A DNA stretch of 63,580 nucleotides, the filler included, from Intoshia linei (taxonomy: Eukaryota > Animalia > Orthonectida), in NCBI GenBank assembly GCA_001642005.1. It is 6 parts of 6 records of this genome, joined end to end, with 100 filler letters (N's around TTAATTAATTAA, not from the genome) between each part and the next. Parts side by side here need not be neighbours in the genome. Positions count along the whole stretch, not along the records: positions 53,182 to 57,244 come from LWCA01001992.1; positions 57,345 to 60,421 come from LWCA01002154.1; positions 60,522 to 63,580 come from LWCA01002153.1; 3 more parts are not named here. One strand, written 5' to 3'. Below the pieces are notes generated by a model. The model saw nothing but the letters and a program-made list of their open reading frames with translations. It did not search any database and was not told the DNA's origin. Shown here one piece after another: positions 53,182 through 63,580 of the stretch (position 1 is its first letter; every line of letters starts with the position of its first letter). The translations under genes and the position numbers were made by a program.

Positions 53182-53804
53182 ATGTTTTGGCAAAACTTTG
53201 AAAGGAAATTATAAACAAGTGATAAGTAATTTTAAAGAAAGTTTTTGCAAGCTTAACATAAGAATAACACCAAAACTCCACGCTATTTTTTCCATATCTG
53301 TGATTTTTGTGAGGAAAATAAATCAGCACTTGGTATATGGTTTGAGCAAGCCTCAGAATCTGTGCATGCAAATTTTAAAACAACCTGGGCTAAGTATAGT
53401 GTAACAGAAGTTAATAAAGACAAGTATGGTCAAAAATTGTTGAAAGCTATAAAGATTATGCAAGCAAGCACATTTGAAAATTCATTATCATTTTATTAAA
53501 TTATAATTAAATATTAAATTAAATTAAAGTTTGTCATAAATTTTTCAAAATGTTTGAACTATGATTCATTTTCATTATTTCAATGAAAATAATTATGTTC
53601 AATATAAAATGTTAAAAAAATGAAAATTTAAATAATTTTTTGCATTGAAATTTCCAATTTTATATAAAATTTACATTTCTTGCATTTAAAAAAAAGCCAA
53701 CTATGAATTTTTTTAATATACTCCAGAAAGTGTACCGGTTCAGAAAATGTATAATTTGTAAACCTACAATTTTTTTCATCTAAAATTTATTCAGACAGGC
53801 TGTG
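53182..53804 (+). mobile_element. Chapaev/CMC- or Transib-like transposase 3' remnant with putative CAC terminus
   Basis: ITPKLHAIF..GIWFEQASESVHANFK across a frameshift; ends ...ctgtg (CACAG on minus). Confidence 0.5.
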
Positions 53805-54649
53805 AGTGAAGCTTTCATTCTATAATGATATGAGTTTAATAAAAATGTTCTCCTCGGTATACTTAATATTAATGTATAATTATTATATTATAATATAATC
53901 ATTATAATCAATAATGTATGAAGTCAAAGTATATTTATTTTACATTTAGGACGGCATAACATATTTTGGGATAACAGTATTACCACATAAAAATTTTTGG
54001 ATACTTGGAGATTCCTTTTTGTCAAATTATTATTCAGTATTTGATTACTCCAATAACAGAGTAGGTTTAGGGAAGCTGAAAAAATGTTATAAACCCAATT
54101 AAAACAACTATTAAATGTTTATTTTACAGATTATTATGTATTACTATCTAGCTTGACTGTTATGCACTTCGTACAAACAATACTTACATCAATAAAAATA
54201 GGTCCAACCGTTTTATACTATTTTTTGATATTATATATATTTTGATTTTGATAAAATTAATTTTCATGATTATTTCAACTATATGAAAGGGTAATAAAAA
54301 GTGCGTTTGTTGATACAATTATTTTTCCAATGCCACCTTTATATGAAAAGTTATAACAAATTCAATAATTTTCCGTAATTAATACAATGTAGGTCCAATA
54401 AATAAAAATAATTTATTTGAGCCATTCTCTAGCAAATAAAATATAAATATTTCAATTTAAGTGACCTATATGAAATAATATCCAAGACTCATAGTCATCG
54501 ATAAACTTAAAATGTGCTTATGACAGCGTGCAACATGGTTATTTGTACTATTTCACATATAAGTTAATACTGAAACGTACATTTACAGTTAAAAACCGTT
54601 ACGGCGTTACTTTATTACAGAGAATGGATCATTTACAATTTAATATTAT

Positions 54650-55145
54650 GCCTTTCCTCCTGTATTGATCACAACTTCAAGACATCTATTCTTTACAGTT
54701 AATACTAAGTTTTTCATAACATCTTTATGGATATTTTCCCATTCTTTCAATATGATCTGCGTCAGCTGATTCTTGTTTTTAAAGTGGCCGCCATTTTTGT
54801 ATACGGACCTTGCCAAAATTCTCCATGCGTTTTATATTGGAATAAGGTCAGGACTCCTGACTCAATGGACTTCGATGGCCAATTCATTACATTAAGAGAA
54901 TGTTCTTCAAACCATGTTTTTACATTACCAAAAGTTTGGATTGGAGCATTATCTTGTACAAAAATGTAATCTGTACCATAATGAAAATGAGCCAATGGAA
55001 GTAGAGTTTCAGATAAAATAAAAATATAATCCTCAGAGTTCTGATTTCCAATCAGAATGACCAATTTGGATTTACCTTTCTGTGAAAATGCTGCCCTTAC
55101 CTTTACCGACCCACCTCCACTTTGCCGCGTAGAGTAGACTTCTTT
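54650..55145 (-). mobile_element. Tc1-like transposase remnant
   Basis: RQSGGGSVKV, FVQDNAP, MNWPSKS. Confidence 0.75.
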
Positions 55146-55853
55146 TTGGTTTGTATTTATAGCGTCAGTATTTTTATTTATAAAGTGTCAGTATTTTAAA
55201 TAGTTTGTCAGTAAAAATATTAAATTGTTAGTTGATATAATAAATTGTCAGTATTTAAATTAAAAGGGCAGTAAAAAAAAATTATTTTGTCTTTACTTTA
55301 AATATACAGTAAGTATTTGACTTAGTAAAACTGACAAATATGTAATTGAATACTAACAAAGTACTTTTTATTACTAACATTTTAATATTTATACTGACAA
55401 TTTTTTATTAAAATACTGACAGTTTCGGTAATTAAATACTGACAAATAAAATAGTAGTCCTTTTTTTTCCTTTAATTTTCATATTAAAAAAATATAAATT
55501 TTACGTTTTTTGCTATTCATTTCCATAATAACACTACATGTGTAATACACATTGTGTATGTCATGTATTACCATTTCAAATTTTTAATATAATTGTTATA
55601 ACGCTATAACTAACGTTCTAATAAAATTTAAAGCTATTTTGAAATCCATATTTAGAATTAACGTTTTTATGACATTAATTAATGAAATAATTACAAATTT
55701 TTTATTTTTTTAATAATGACTATGTTTTGAGAACGCCATTGTATATTTAAGAGTAAAGAACATACACTCAAGATTATTTTAAATTTGTGATTAAACTTAT
55801 AAACTCTACAAAATAATCTTACTTTCTCTCAAGTTGCGCGAGAATAGATAAAA

Positions 55854-57244
55854 TGATAAACAAACCAAAAGAAATTTTAAACCAAAAAGGCGATCTTGGT
55901 CTTGGATACAAAATTTTGATGAATATGTTGATATAATGTTCTTTCATCATCCAGATAAATTAAATAAGGATTTAAGAGCAAAAATGAAAAACCTAGCTGG
56001 CAAAATAGCTATGGATCGATTCTGTATTGATTTGAATAAAAATGCCACTATGGCATAAATGAAATTGATGATTCAATCTTGGAAAAATATTAATGCTGAT
56101 TCAGAAAAATTTAAATTTAGAATATTAAAACGTTTTCAAGACGAAAGTTTAACTACTTTCCTTTATCGTTTGAAACGTTGCGCAAAAAATTGTAATTTTT
56201 CTCAGATTGATGATAATATACTATATATAATATGAATTTAATAAAATTACTTGAAAACTTTTAGAGAATAAAGAATCTTTATCAAAAATAATTCTGTTGT
56301 GTAAAAACTATGAAATGATTAATGAATCCTTAAAATTGGTGAAATGTGAATCATCGAAATCAAAATTCGATAATAATTCTCCTCAAATAAGGAATAAACC
56401 TTTTAAATGTTTTGGATGTGGTGACCAATGTAAAAATAGAAAAAAAGAGTGTTCTGCTTGGCATGATAAATGTATTAAGGGCAATAAATATTCTCATTTC
56501 GAGCGGTTTTGTCCTACAGTGAACAATTTGAATAATTCTGATGATATTTCCTCTGCCACTTTGCGAATGAAAATTACCGATAAAAATGGGGTAACCGTTA
56601 ATTTTCTACTGGACACAGTTCCGCTATTAACACAATAAATGCTAAATTTTTAAAAACATTAATTAAAATTCCAAAAATATATCAAATTTGATAAAACTAT
56701 TTATAACTATAATGGTGGTGAATTAACGATTTTGGGTTTTGTTAATCTATATTTACCTGATTTTGGAATATCAGAAAAATTTGTTACCACATATTATAGA
56801 TCAATTTTAGGATTCCGATCGCTATATGAACTAGGAATTATAAAATTTAGAAAAAATATTGATGTTATATCAAATAAATATTGTTCTTCTTTATCTAAAT
56901 GTGACGCCAGTTTCGGTTATCTTAATCCAATGTACCATTCTATTGTTAATGAATTTAAACATATCTTTTTTGAAAATCTTGGTAAAGTAAAAAATTTTTC
57001 GCATACTATTCCTCTAATAACAGGATCTGATGGTTATAAAGGACCCATTTATCCAACTCCTATTCATCTTAGGGAAATACAACAATGTCACATACAATCC
57101 ATGATAAAAAACGATTTAATCGAACCGGTATCTTCTAATCCATCTAAATCTACGTGGCGATCTCCTTATTTCGTTGTTAAAAAAAAGATCGATCTCATCG
57201 TTTTGTCGTTGATTATAGAAAATTAAATAAATGTACAAAAATAG
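55854..57244 (+). mobile_element. Degenerate Ty3/gypsy gag-pol (gag zinc knuckle, protease, start of RT)
   Basis: CFGCG..C knuckle, FLLDT protease motif, WRSPYFVVKKK..RFVVDYRKLN; frameshifts; truncated by the linker. Confidence 0.8.
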
Positions 57245-57344
57245 NNNNNNNNNNNNNNNNNNNNNNNNNNNNNNNNNNNNNNNNNNNNTTAATTAATTAA
57301 NNNNNNNNNNNNNNNNNNNNNNNNNNNNNNNNNNNNNNNNNNNN
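57245..57344. other. Artificial contig linker
   Basis: N-run with TTAATTAATTAA. Confidence 0.95.
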
Positions 57345-57900
57345 ACTACAAATGAATTAATAAAATTAAAACTTGCAAATATTACTGAGTTTTCATTAAA
57401 ATTTAATGGGAAAACATAATGGAAAGCACTATATGTCGATTGCAGTTAATTTTAGTGAAGGTAGGTATTTACTAGGAATGAAGATCATACAAAATGGAAG
57501 AGCAGAGACTATAACAGCGTTACTAGTGGATATAATTAACGGTTTTGATATATTAAATAAGATAAAAATAATATGTGACACAACCAATATTAACACTGGT
57601 AAACGTGGAGGCGTCGTTAAGAAATTAAAGGATATTATACCTAGTGTTTTATATCACGTCTGTCGATTACACGTGTTAGATAGAATCCTACATCATTACT
57701 TAAACCACTTTTTAATGGATAAAACTACCTCACCAAACTTTGAATATTACTTTATTGAGGTTTATTTATTTTTAGTTATTATTACTTTACTATTACTTTA
57801 TTAATTATATATTACTTTACTTTATTATTATTAAATAGGAATGATTATAGTGAATTAGCAGCTCTCTGTGAAGCTTATAAAATAAAACTATTATCTGGTC
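57345..57900 (+). mobile_element. hAT-like transposase remnant
   Basis: ICDTTNINTGKRGGV and CRLHVLD (CxxH) motifs. Confidence 0.65.
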
Positions 57901-58309
57901 ATAACCCAAATATTGAATTATTTTAATAAATTGTAAAATGATAATATATTATAATGTAATATATACATTAAATGATCTTATACTTCAAATTAGTTGATTT
58001 GGTTATTATTTTACATATTAATTTTGGTTATTTTGCGATATATTTTCATATCAATGTTTTATTATACTAAACACTCAATGAACTTCTATTAAATTTTGTT
58101 TATTTTATTTCAATATTGGCAATATTTTATTTTCTATGCACTGTATAATATAATAGAATGTCTATCGTAATTATTAAATCACTCATGCGCATAAGATTAT
58201 TTCGAATTTTTTGATAATTTTTCCTATAAAGCTTCATCAATCATAATTTCTCATCTTGGAATAATGGGCTTTTTCAAATATAATCAAAAATATTAAAATT
58301 TTCACAACC

Positions 58310-58670
58310 CTAGTGTACATGCAATAAAAGAGCTAAATTTTAGAAAAGATACCGCTAACATTAAGCAATATATTGAAAAAACTCTAAATAAAAATAAAAT
58401 TTTGAATATATTAAATTTTAAACAATCTAATATAAATCCATACACCTACCATTTATTACAAAGATGCCAATGTACATCGGCTGCAGTGGAACGTAGCTTC
58501 TCAAAATTAAAAAAGCTATTACGGCCAGATAGACCATTTTCTCCAATAAATATAAAAAAGTATTTAATTTTGTATTATAATATAGAATCAACTTAAATAA
58601 ACTTTTGTTATTAGATATCTTTTGAATATACACAATACTGTCTTTTCTCGATTATAAGCAGAGCCCTGAA
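58310..58670 (+). mobile_element. hAT-family transposase C-terminus and right end
   Basis: CTSAAVERSFSKLK; terminus ...gagccctg. Confidence 0.65.
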
Positions 58671-59589
58671 ATACAAATTTTCAGTGAAATTTTTAACTAA
58701 ATAAAATTTGAATATAAGCAGTTTCTGCTTATTTTTTTATTTATAAAAAATAGACAACATATCAATTTATTTTCAAAAAATAACTTCCTTCATACAATAG
58801 AATGTCTAATTTAGAAGTTTTTTTCACCACATACAATATGTTGTTTATGCAATTCGTTGAAAGTAATCTGAATTTCAAATTTTTTATAAGCAACAATAAA
58901 TTCATTAAAATAAGGTGATTCGAACGTGTTTTTAATATTTTTAATGTACTCATAATTAATGATATTAAGCGGGACCAAATATTCTTTAAGTTCTTCACAG
59001 ACCTTATTTTTTAATTTATAAGTTTTATCTCAAACTAAAATTTTGAGAATACCTCAAGATGTAATTTAATACAAATCTAACGAGTTCTTAAAATATAAAA
59101 GCAAACTTTTAGTGTATTTTTTATATTTTTCAAGGTCTGCTTAAAAGTCTGCTTGTTTTTGATAATAATTTTTCCTTCTACTCTAGAATATAAGAAGACT
59201 TCTTATAATAGAGATAATACAGTAGAAGTTATACTTTACTATTTTGTAATTTAGTTTAATATAAATTGTAAATGTAAATAAAATTTAGCAAAAATAAAGT
59301 TATATTTTGACAAGATTTGAAAAATGTCAAAATTTTTAAAATTAAAATGTCAAAAAAAAACTTGCCCTAATTATAACATTATAAGTTATAATGTTACTAT
59401 GAATAATGATAATCTTAATATTGAAATAATTTGATGAGGCTCTAGCGCAGTGTTTCTTAACCTTTTTTACTTTTTTTGTGCAGTGCACAAAGGTGTGCCT
59501 AATTAAAAAAAATCCATTATTTTTGATATTTTGTAAATGTATAGTAAGCATGCAAAAAGTAATATTTATTATACATAATTATTAAATTT

Positions 59590-60421
59590 CGTTAGTATTC
59601 TATTTTCTAAATTCTGTAAGTTTCGACATGTAGGTAAAACCTTATCCATCATTTCTTTCGCAAATCTCATTTGTGTAACAAATATCCATACTCGGTGTAC
59701 TACGATTCCAATTTTCAGCAATATTCAAGTGGTCCCCATAAAGCTACTTTCTGGAAACGGCACGTAAATCAGCATTTGCTCCACACGTAAGATATGAAAT
59801 TACATGCTTCGATCATATTTGGCGTTCTATCCACGTTTAAGATAAAAGCTTTGAGACAGTATATACTTCTAGAGTTCCATCTAGCATTTGAGATGCTACA
59901 TGGTTTTCTAAAGTTAATTTTTGGATGGCAATGATAAGTTCTAAGGGTTTTATAACCATTAACCAATTGATACCACTCTTTGTAGTCATCTCTCCACTTT
60001 CCACTTATATTATCCACATATTTAATATCAATCATTTCAGAGTAATTAGTATATAGTGATTAATAATTATCTTGTATGTTCTTAACAAAATGATATGGAA
60101 TATATGGCGATACAGTTCTCATATCAAATATTTAATTTAGTACATGTTTCAAAATCAAATCGAGAACATGGAACTGACATTTTTCGTATTTTATACTCCC
60201 ATTTAACTTTTGAATTTTTGCAACAACTCCATTAATACGTCCAGTATTTGTTGCAGTAGTATCACATACTATTAATTTAATCTTCGGCAAGATATCATAT
60301 TTTAAAATCACTTATAGCAGTTCCTGAAATATTGTTTTCGAATTGATCAGAACCCGATAATCAATAAAAAATCCATCAGATGTTATACACACCGTTAAAA
60401 ATTCAACAATTGTATTACCAT
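59590..60421 (-). mobile_element. hAT-like transposase remnant, same broad family as 57345-57900 and 46060-46510
   Basis: VCDTTATNTGRINGVV, CQFHVLD, PCSISNARWNSRSIYCLK. Confidence 0.65.
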
Positions 60422-60521
60422 NNNNNNNNNNNNNNNNNNNNNNNNNNNNNNNNNNNNNNNNNNNNTTAATTAATTAANNNNNNNNNNNNNNNNNNNNNNN
60501 NNNNNNNNNNNNNNNNNNNNN
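60422..60521. other. Artificial contig linker
   Basis: N-run with TTAATTAATTAA. Confidence 0.95.
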
Positions 60522-61566
60522 TAGTTTTTTATATTATTGCAAAAACATCGGACTACTCAGCGATTTAAAATTACCATTTTAATTTGAAAGTAACTTTATT
60601 TTTAATATTAATTATTAAATTTATTATCAATATACTTGACTTATACCTTCTGGCGAAGGTATTGGACTCTGTTTATTCCACGTTCGGCCACTTTGTTTGT
60701 TAGAACAACATTCCATTGAGGTATTGATGGATAATTATGTTTTTTTAAGAATCATAGACAACAATTTCATCTTTTTGGTAGATTACATGCTGGTACACCC
60801 CTGACAGACATCATAAGATTATCTTGATATTTAATAATTTAGCTATATACAGTGGCATTACTATGTTATCAACAAGTGTAGTTGTAGGTTACTACTGATT
60901 AATTCAGTATTCTTTGTACAAATAAATATTTTTATATAATATTATATGTAATAGTATATTATAATGAATTTGAAATTGAAAATGACATTGGTGTCTTTAG
61001 TAAGGATATTAAATACACTTATTCTTTCATAAATTAAAAAAATGGCATCACAAAATTGTTTTGATCAATTTTAAAAAATTTTACTAATACTTCAAAAATC
61101 CAACCATTTTTACTAAGAATCAAAATTTACTAACTCTAACAAGAAAAATCCACTTTTATTAACTATTACATGCGATTCTAAAGCACGCTGTATTTTTATT
61201 TTGGATATCTGATAGAGAATTAGATTGTTTTATGTAAACATGAAATTCGATTTAGTTTACAAAATTATAATTTTTCAGATAAGTTTTTTGCATTAGATAA
61301 AATTTTATTACATATACCCTTATTAAATTGAAAAAGTGTATATTTTATGTATTGTATGGTTACTGTGAATTTATATAAATGTATAATCACGCAAGATTTA
61401 TAATAGCAAAAATAATAATAAATAAGGCAAAATATACGTATATTATTAAATATCAAGTAGTATTAACTATTTTGATTGTGTAAATATTTATTGTGTGATA
61501 TTTGATTAAGAATAGTGTTTTATTTATTTTTGCGAGAGTTCTAAAATCTTGATATTTTTAAATTTC

Positions 61567-62490
61567 ATGAAATTTCTGTATTTTTTTGTTCTTTTGTTAG
61601 TTTTTTGCTGTTACGTGAAAGCAGAACCATTTTATGCATTTCAAACATTGGATAAGAAACCATGTGTACTGTCGAATAAGGATGTAGAAGAACCCCTGAT
61701 AGACCAACAATGCCATACAACACTGGCATGCTTTGCAAAATCAGGATTTCAAAATGATCATGTATTAAAAAAGGCAAATAATATGAAATTGAAAAATCTT
61801 CCCATTTGGGCTAGACAAGTCATTGTAATTATTTATTTATACCTTTATAAACCAAATAGTAAATTAATTGAGAATAAATCTAATCCCATTCTTGTATTAC
61901 AAAAAAATATTTTAATTGGTATGGATAATAATGTATGCATGTGGACAACATATGGTTCAAATATAGCTCTGGTAATCTATGAGACCATAGTGTTCATTTT
62001 AAAAAGCAATGGAAAAGAAAAAATTGTCATTACTTTAATAGTTGTTTTACTTAAATCTGCATCATTAGCTGCAGAGCATGTTGTTTATGGTGACGTAAAA
62101 GTAAATTATATAGTTATGTTTCTGAATGATGTTTCAAAAATAGTGATAATTAGTTATTTTGTACTATCTAGATTCGAGTTATTTAAAACAGTTGGATTTA
62201 TCATGTTAATTAGATTTTACAATATTGTAAATTTTATTGGATTGTTGTTTTATCATGTTGGTAATAATATTGTTGATAAAAAATTAGTTTTCGAGCACAT
62301 TTATGATGATAACGACATGTCTATTTTGAGTAGAATTAACGCGCAATTATATTTTGATGCTGTATTAGTTTCAGTTCTTCATATTTTTATGAAAACTAAT
62401 GTTTACAATATATATCAAGTTGGTGAATACTTTTTCAGATCAAATGATAGTAATGATCAAATAGAAGATGAAGGAATTGACAAAGTCTGA
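61567..62490 (+). CDS. Intronless orphan protein: signal peptide, short Cys-containing ectodomain, about 5-7 hydrophobic helices, acidic tail
   Basis: 924-nt uninterrupted ORF in very AT-rich DNA, with AATAAA about 30 nt after the stop. No family recognised. Confidence 0.7.
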   Translation: MKFLYFFVLLLVFCCYVKAEPFYAFQTLDKKPCVLSNKDVEEPLIDQQCHTTLACFAKSGFQNDHVLKKANNMKLKNLPIWARQVIVIIYLYLYKPNSKLIENKSNPILVLQKNILIGMDNNVCMWTTYGSNIALVIYETIVFILKSNGKEKIVITLIVVLLKSASLAAEHVVYGDVKVNYIVMFLNDVSKIVIISYFVLSRFELFKTVGFIMLIRFYNIVNFIGLLFYHVGNNIVDKKLVFEHIYDDNDMSILSRINAQLYFDAVLVSVLHIFMKTNVYNIYQVGEYFFRSNDSNDQIEDEGIDKV

Positions 62491-63580
62491 AAAACAAATC
62501 CAAAGTTACTAATTATTCAATAAATATTATATTATTTCATACAATACATAATAGTTCTCACTGAAAATCGGGCATCAGTAATCCTTACTTATATATCTCT
62601 GTTTTTTCCAGTTTATTTAAAAAGATTAAAGTTTTAAATATACGCATTCTAATACATTTTTCGTTGATTAGACTTTATCGCTAATTTCATTTTCAGAAAT
62701 TGAGGCCAAACCCAAAGTATCATTTTTTCTAAAAATCAAACCAGTCTTATAATTTTAAAAAATAAAAAGTGACATATATTTTAAAATCATGATTATCATT
62801 AATTTCAATTTCAAAAAAATCCATCTTTATGGCTAAAACCCAAAATTACCCATTATTTGAAAAAAAGAAAAAGACGAATAGTCTTAGAATTAAAAATAAC
62901 ATCTTCGAGTCCTCGAGTAATTTTTTTATATGTGAGCATTTGAAAAAATGTCAATTTTTCGGTATCATAACGCTCCAGTTCTGCCCGTAGACTGATATTA
63001 GGGTTAAATAACATTGCGCATCTATTTATGAACATTGTGCGGGTATAAAGGTAAAAGGGTAAAAAGAAAACAAGACATGCGAGTTTGCTTTTCGTATATA
63101 CGTCCATATTTTAAAAATGCGATAAAAAGATTGTATAAAATTTTTTTTAACCTAAATAAAATAGTAGCCTTCAATCAATTGATTCCAACAAATTACATAT
63201 TCTTATAACCGTTTTTCCAGAGTGTTGTTTTATCGCAAATTTTAATTTTAGAAATTGAGTCCTTCAAAGTTACAAACCTCAATTTTCCCAATAGTTATAT
63301 TATATAACAAATATACATAACCAACAAATCTTAACGGCTAGACATTTTAAATTTATTTACATTTTAATAAATTACAAATATTTTTCCAACCATAAAAGCT
63401 GTCGCGCACTGTAAATAAAAATTATTCATATAGAACTTCAAATTTAAGTAAAATTCATCAAAATACATATGCATAAATGTTTACATGATTAAATTTAAAA
63501 TTAGAATTAATGTGAGTTAAATTGTAACATTTATGGAGTGGCTAATTTAAATGTATACTCGTAAAATTTATGAAATTGGA

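Noticed and set aside
60645-60830. Coding-like minus-strand stretch ending in a GT donor
   Set aside because: Stops occur in all frames and there is no recognisable motif, so it cannot be supported as an exon.

Overview
Very AT-rich eukaryotic (animal-like) genomic DNA with many short (~30-60 nt) GT-AG introns. This is consistent with a compact invertebrate genome such as an orthonectid, but that is inference only. The window is six unrelated contigs or scaffolds joined by five artificial N44-45-TTAATTAATTAA-N44 linkers, so synteny across linkers is meaningless. Host genes: a class A neuropeptide-type GPCR with HRY/HPxxY motif variants, two tandem secreted Cys-rich+vWA paralogs, SRRT/Ars2, NDUFA8, the 5' part of a cullin-1-like gene, the 3' part of a PKD1-like polycystin, the 5' part of AMPK-alpha, a p24/TMED gene, the 3' part of VPS13, the 5' part of MIOS, and an intronless orphan multi-pass membrane gene. 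Introns and intergenic DNA are packed with transposon debris: Helitron ends, hAT/piggyBac/Mutator-like/pogo MITEs, an intron-bearing IR/DR DD37E Tc1 element, and Ty3/gypsy, Harbinger and Chapaev-like remnants. The most notable items are a MIOS(5')/VPS13(3') junction through the DD37E element, the intron-containing DD37E transposase, the vWA pair, the orphan membrane gene and a 360-bp Helitron foldback. I see no convincing new multi-gene system.
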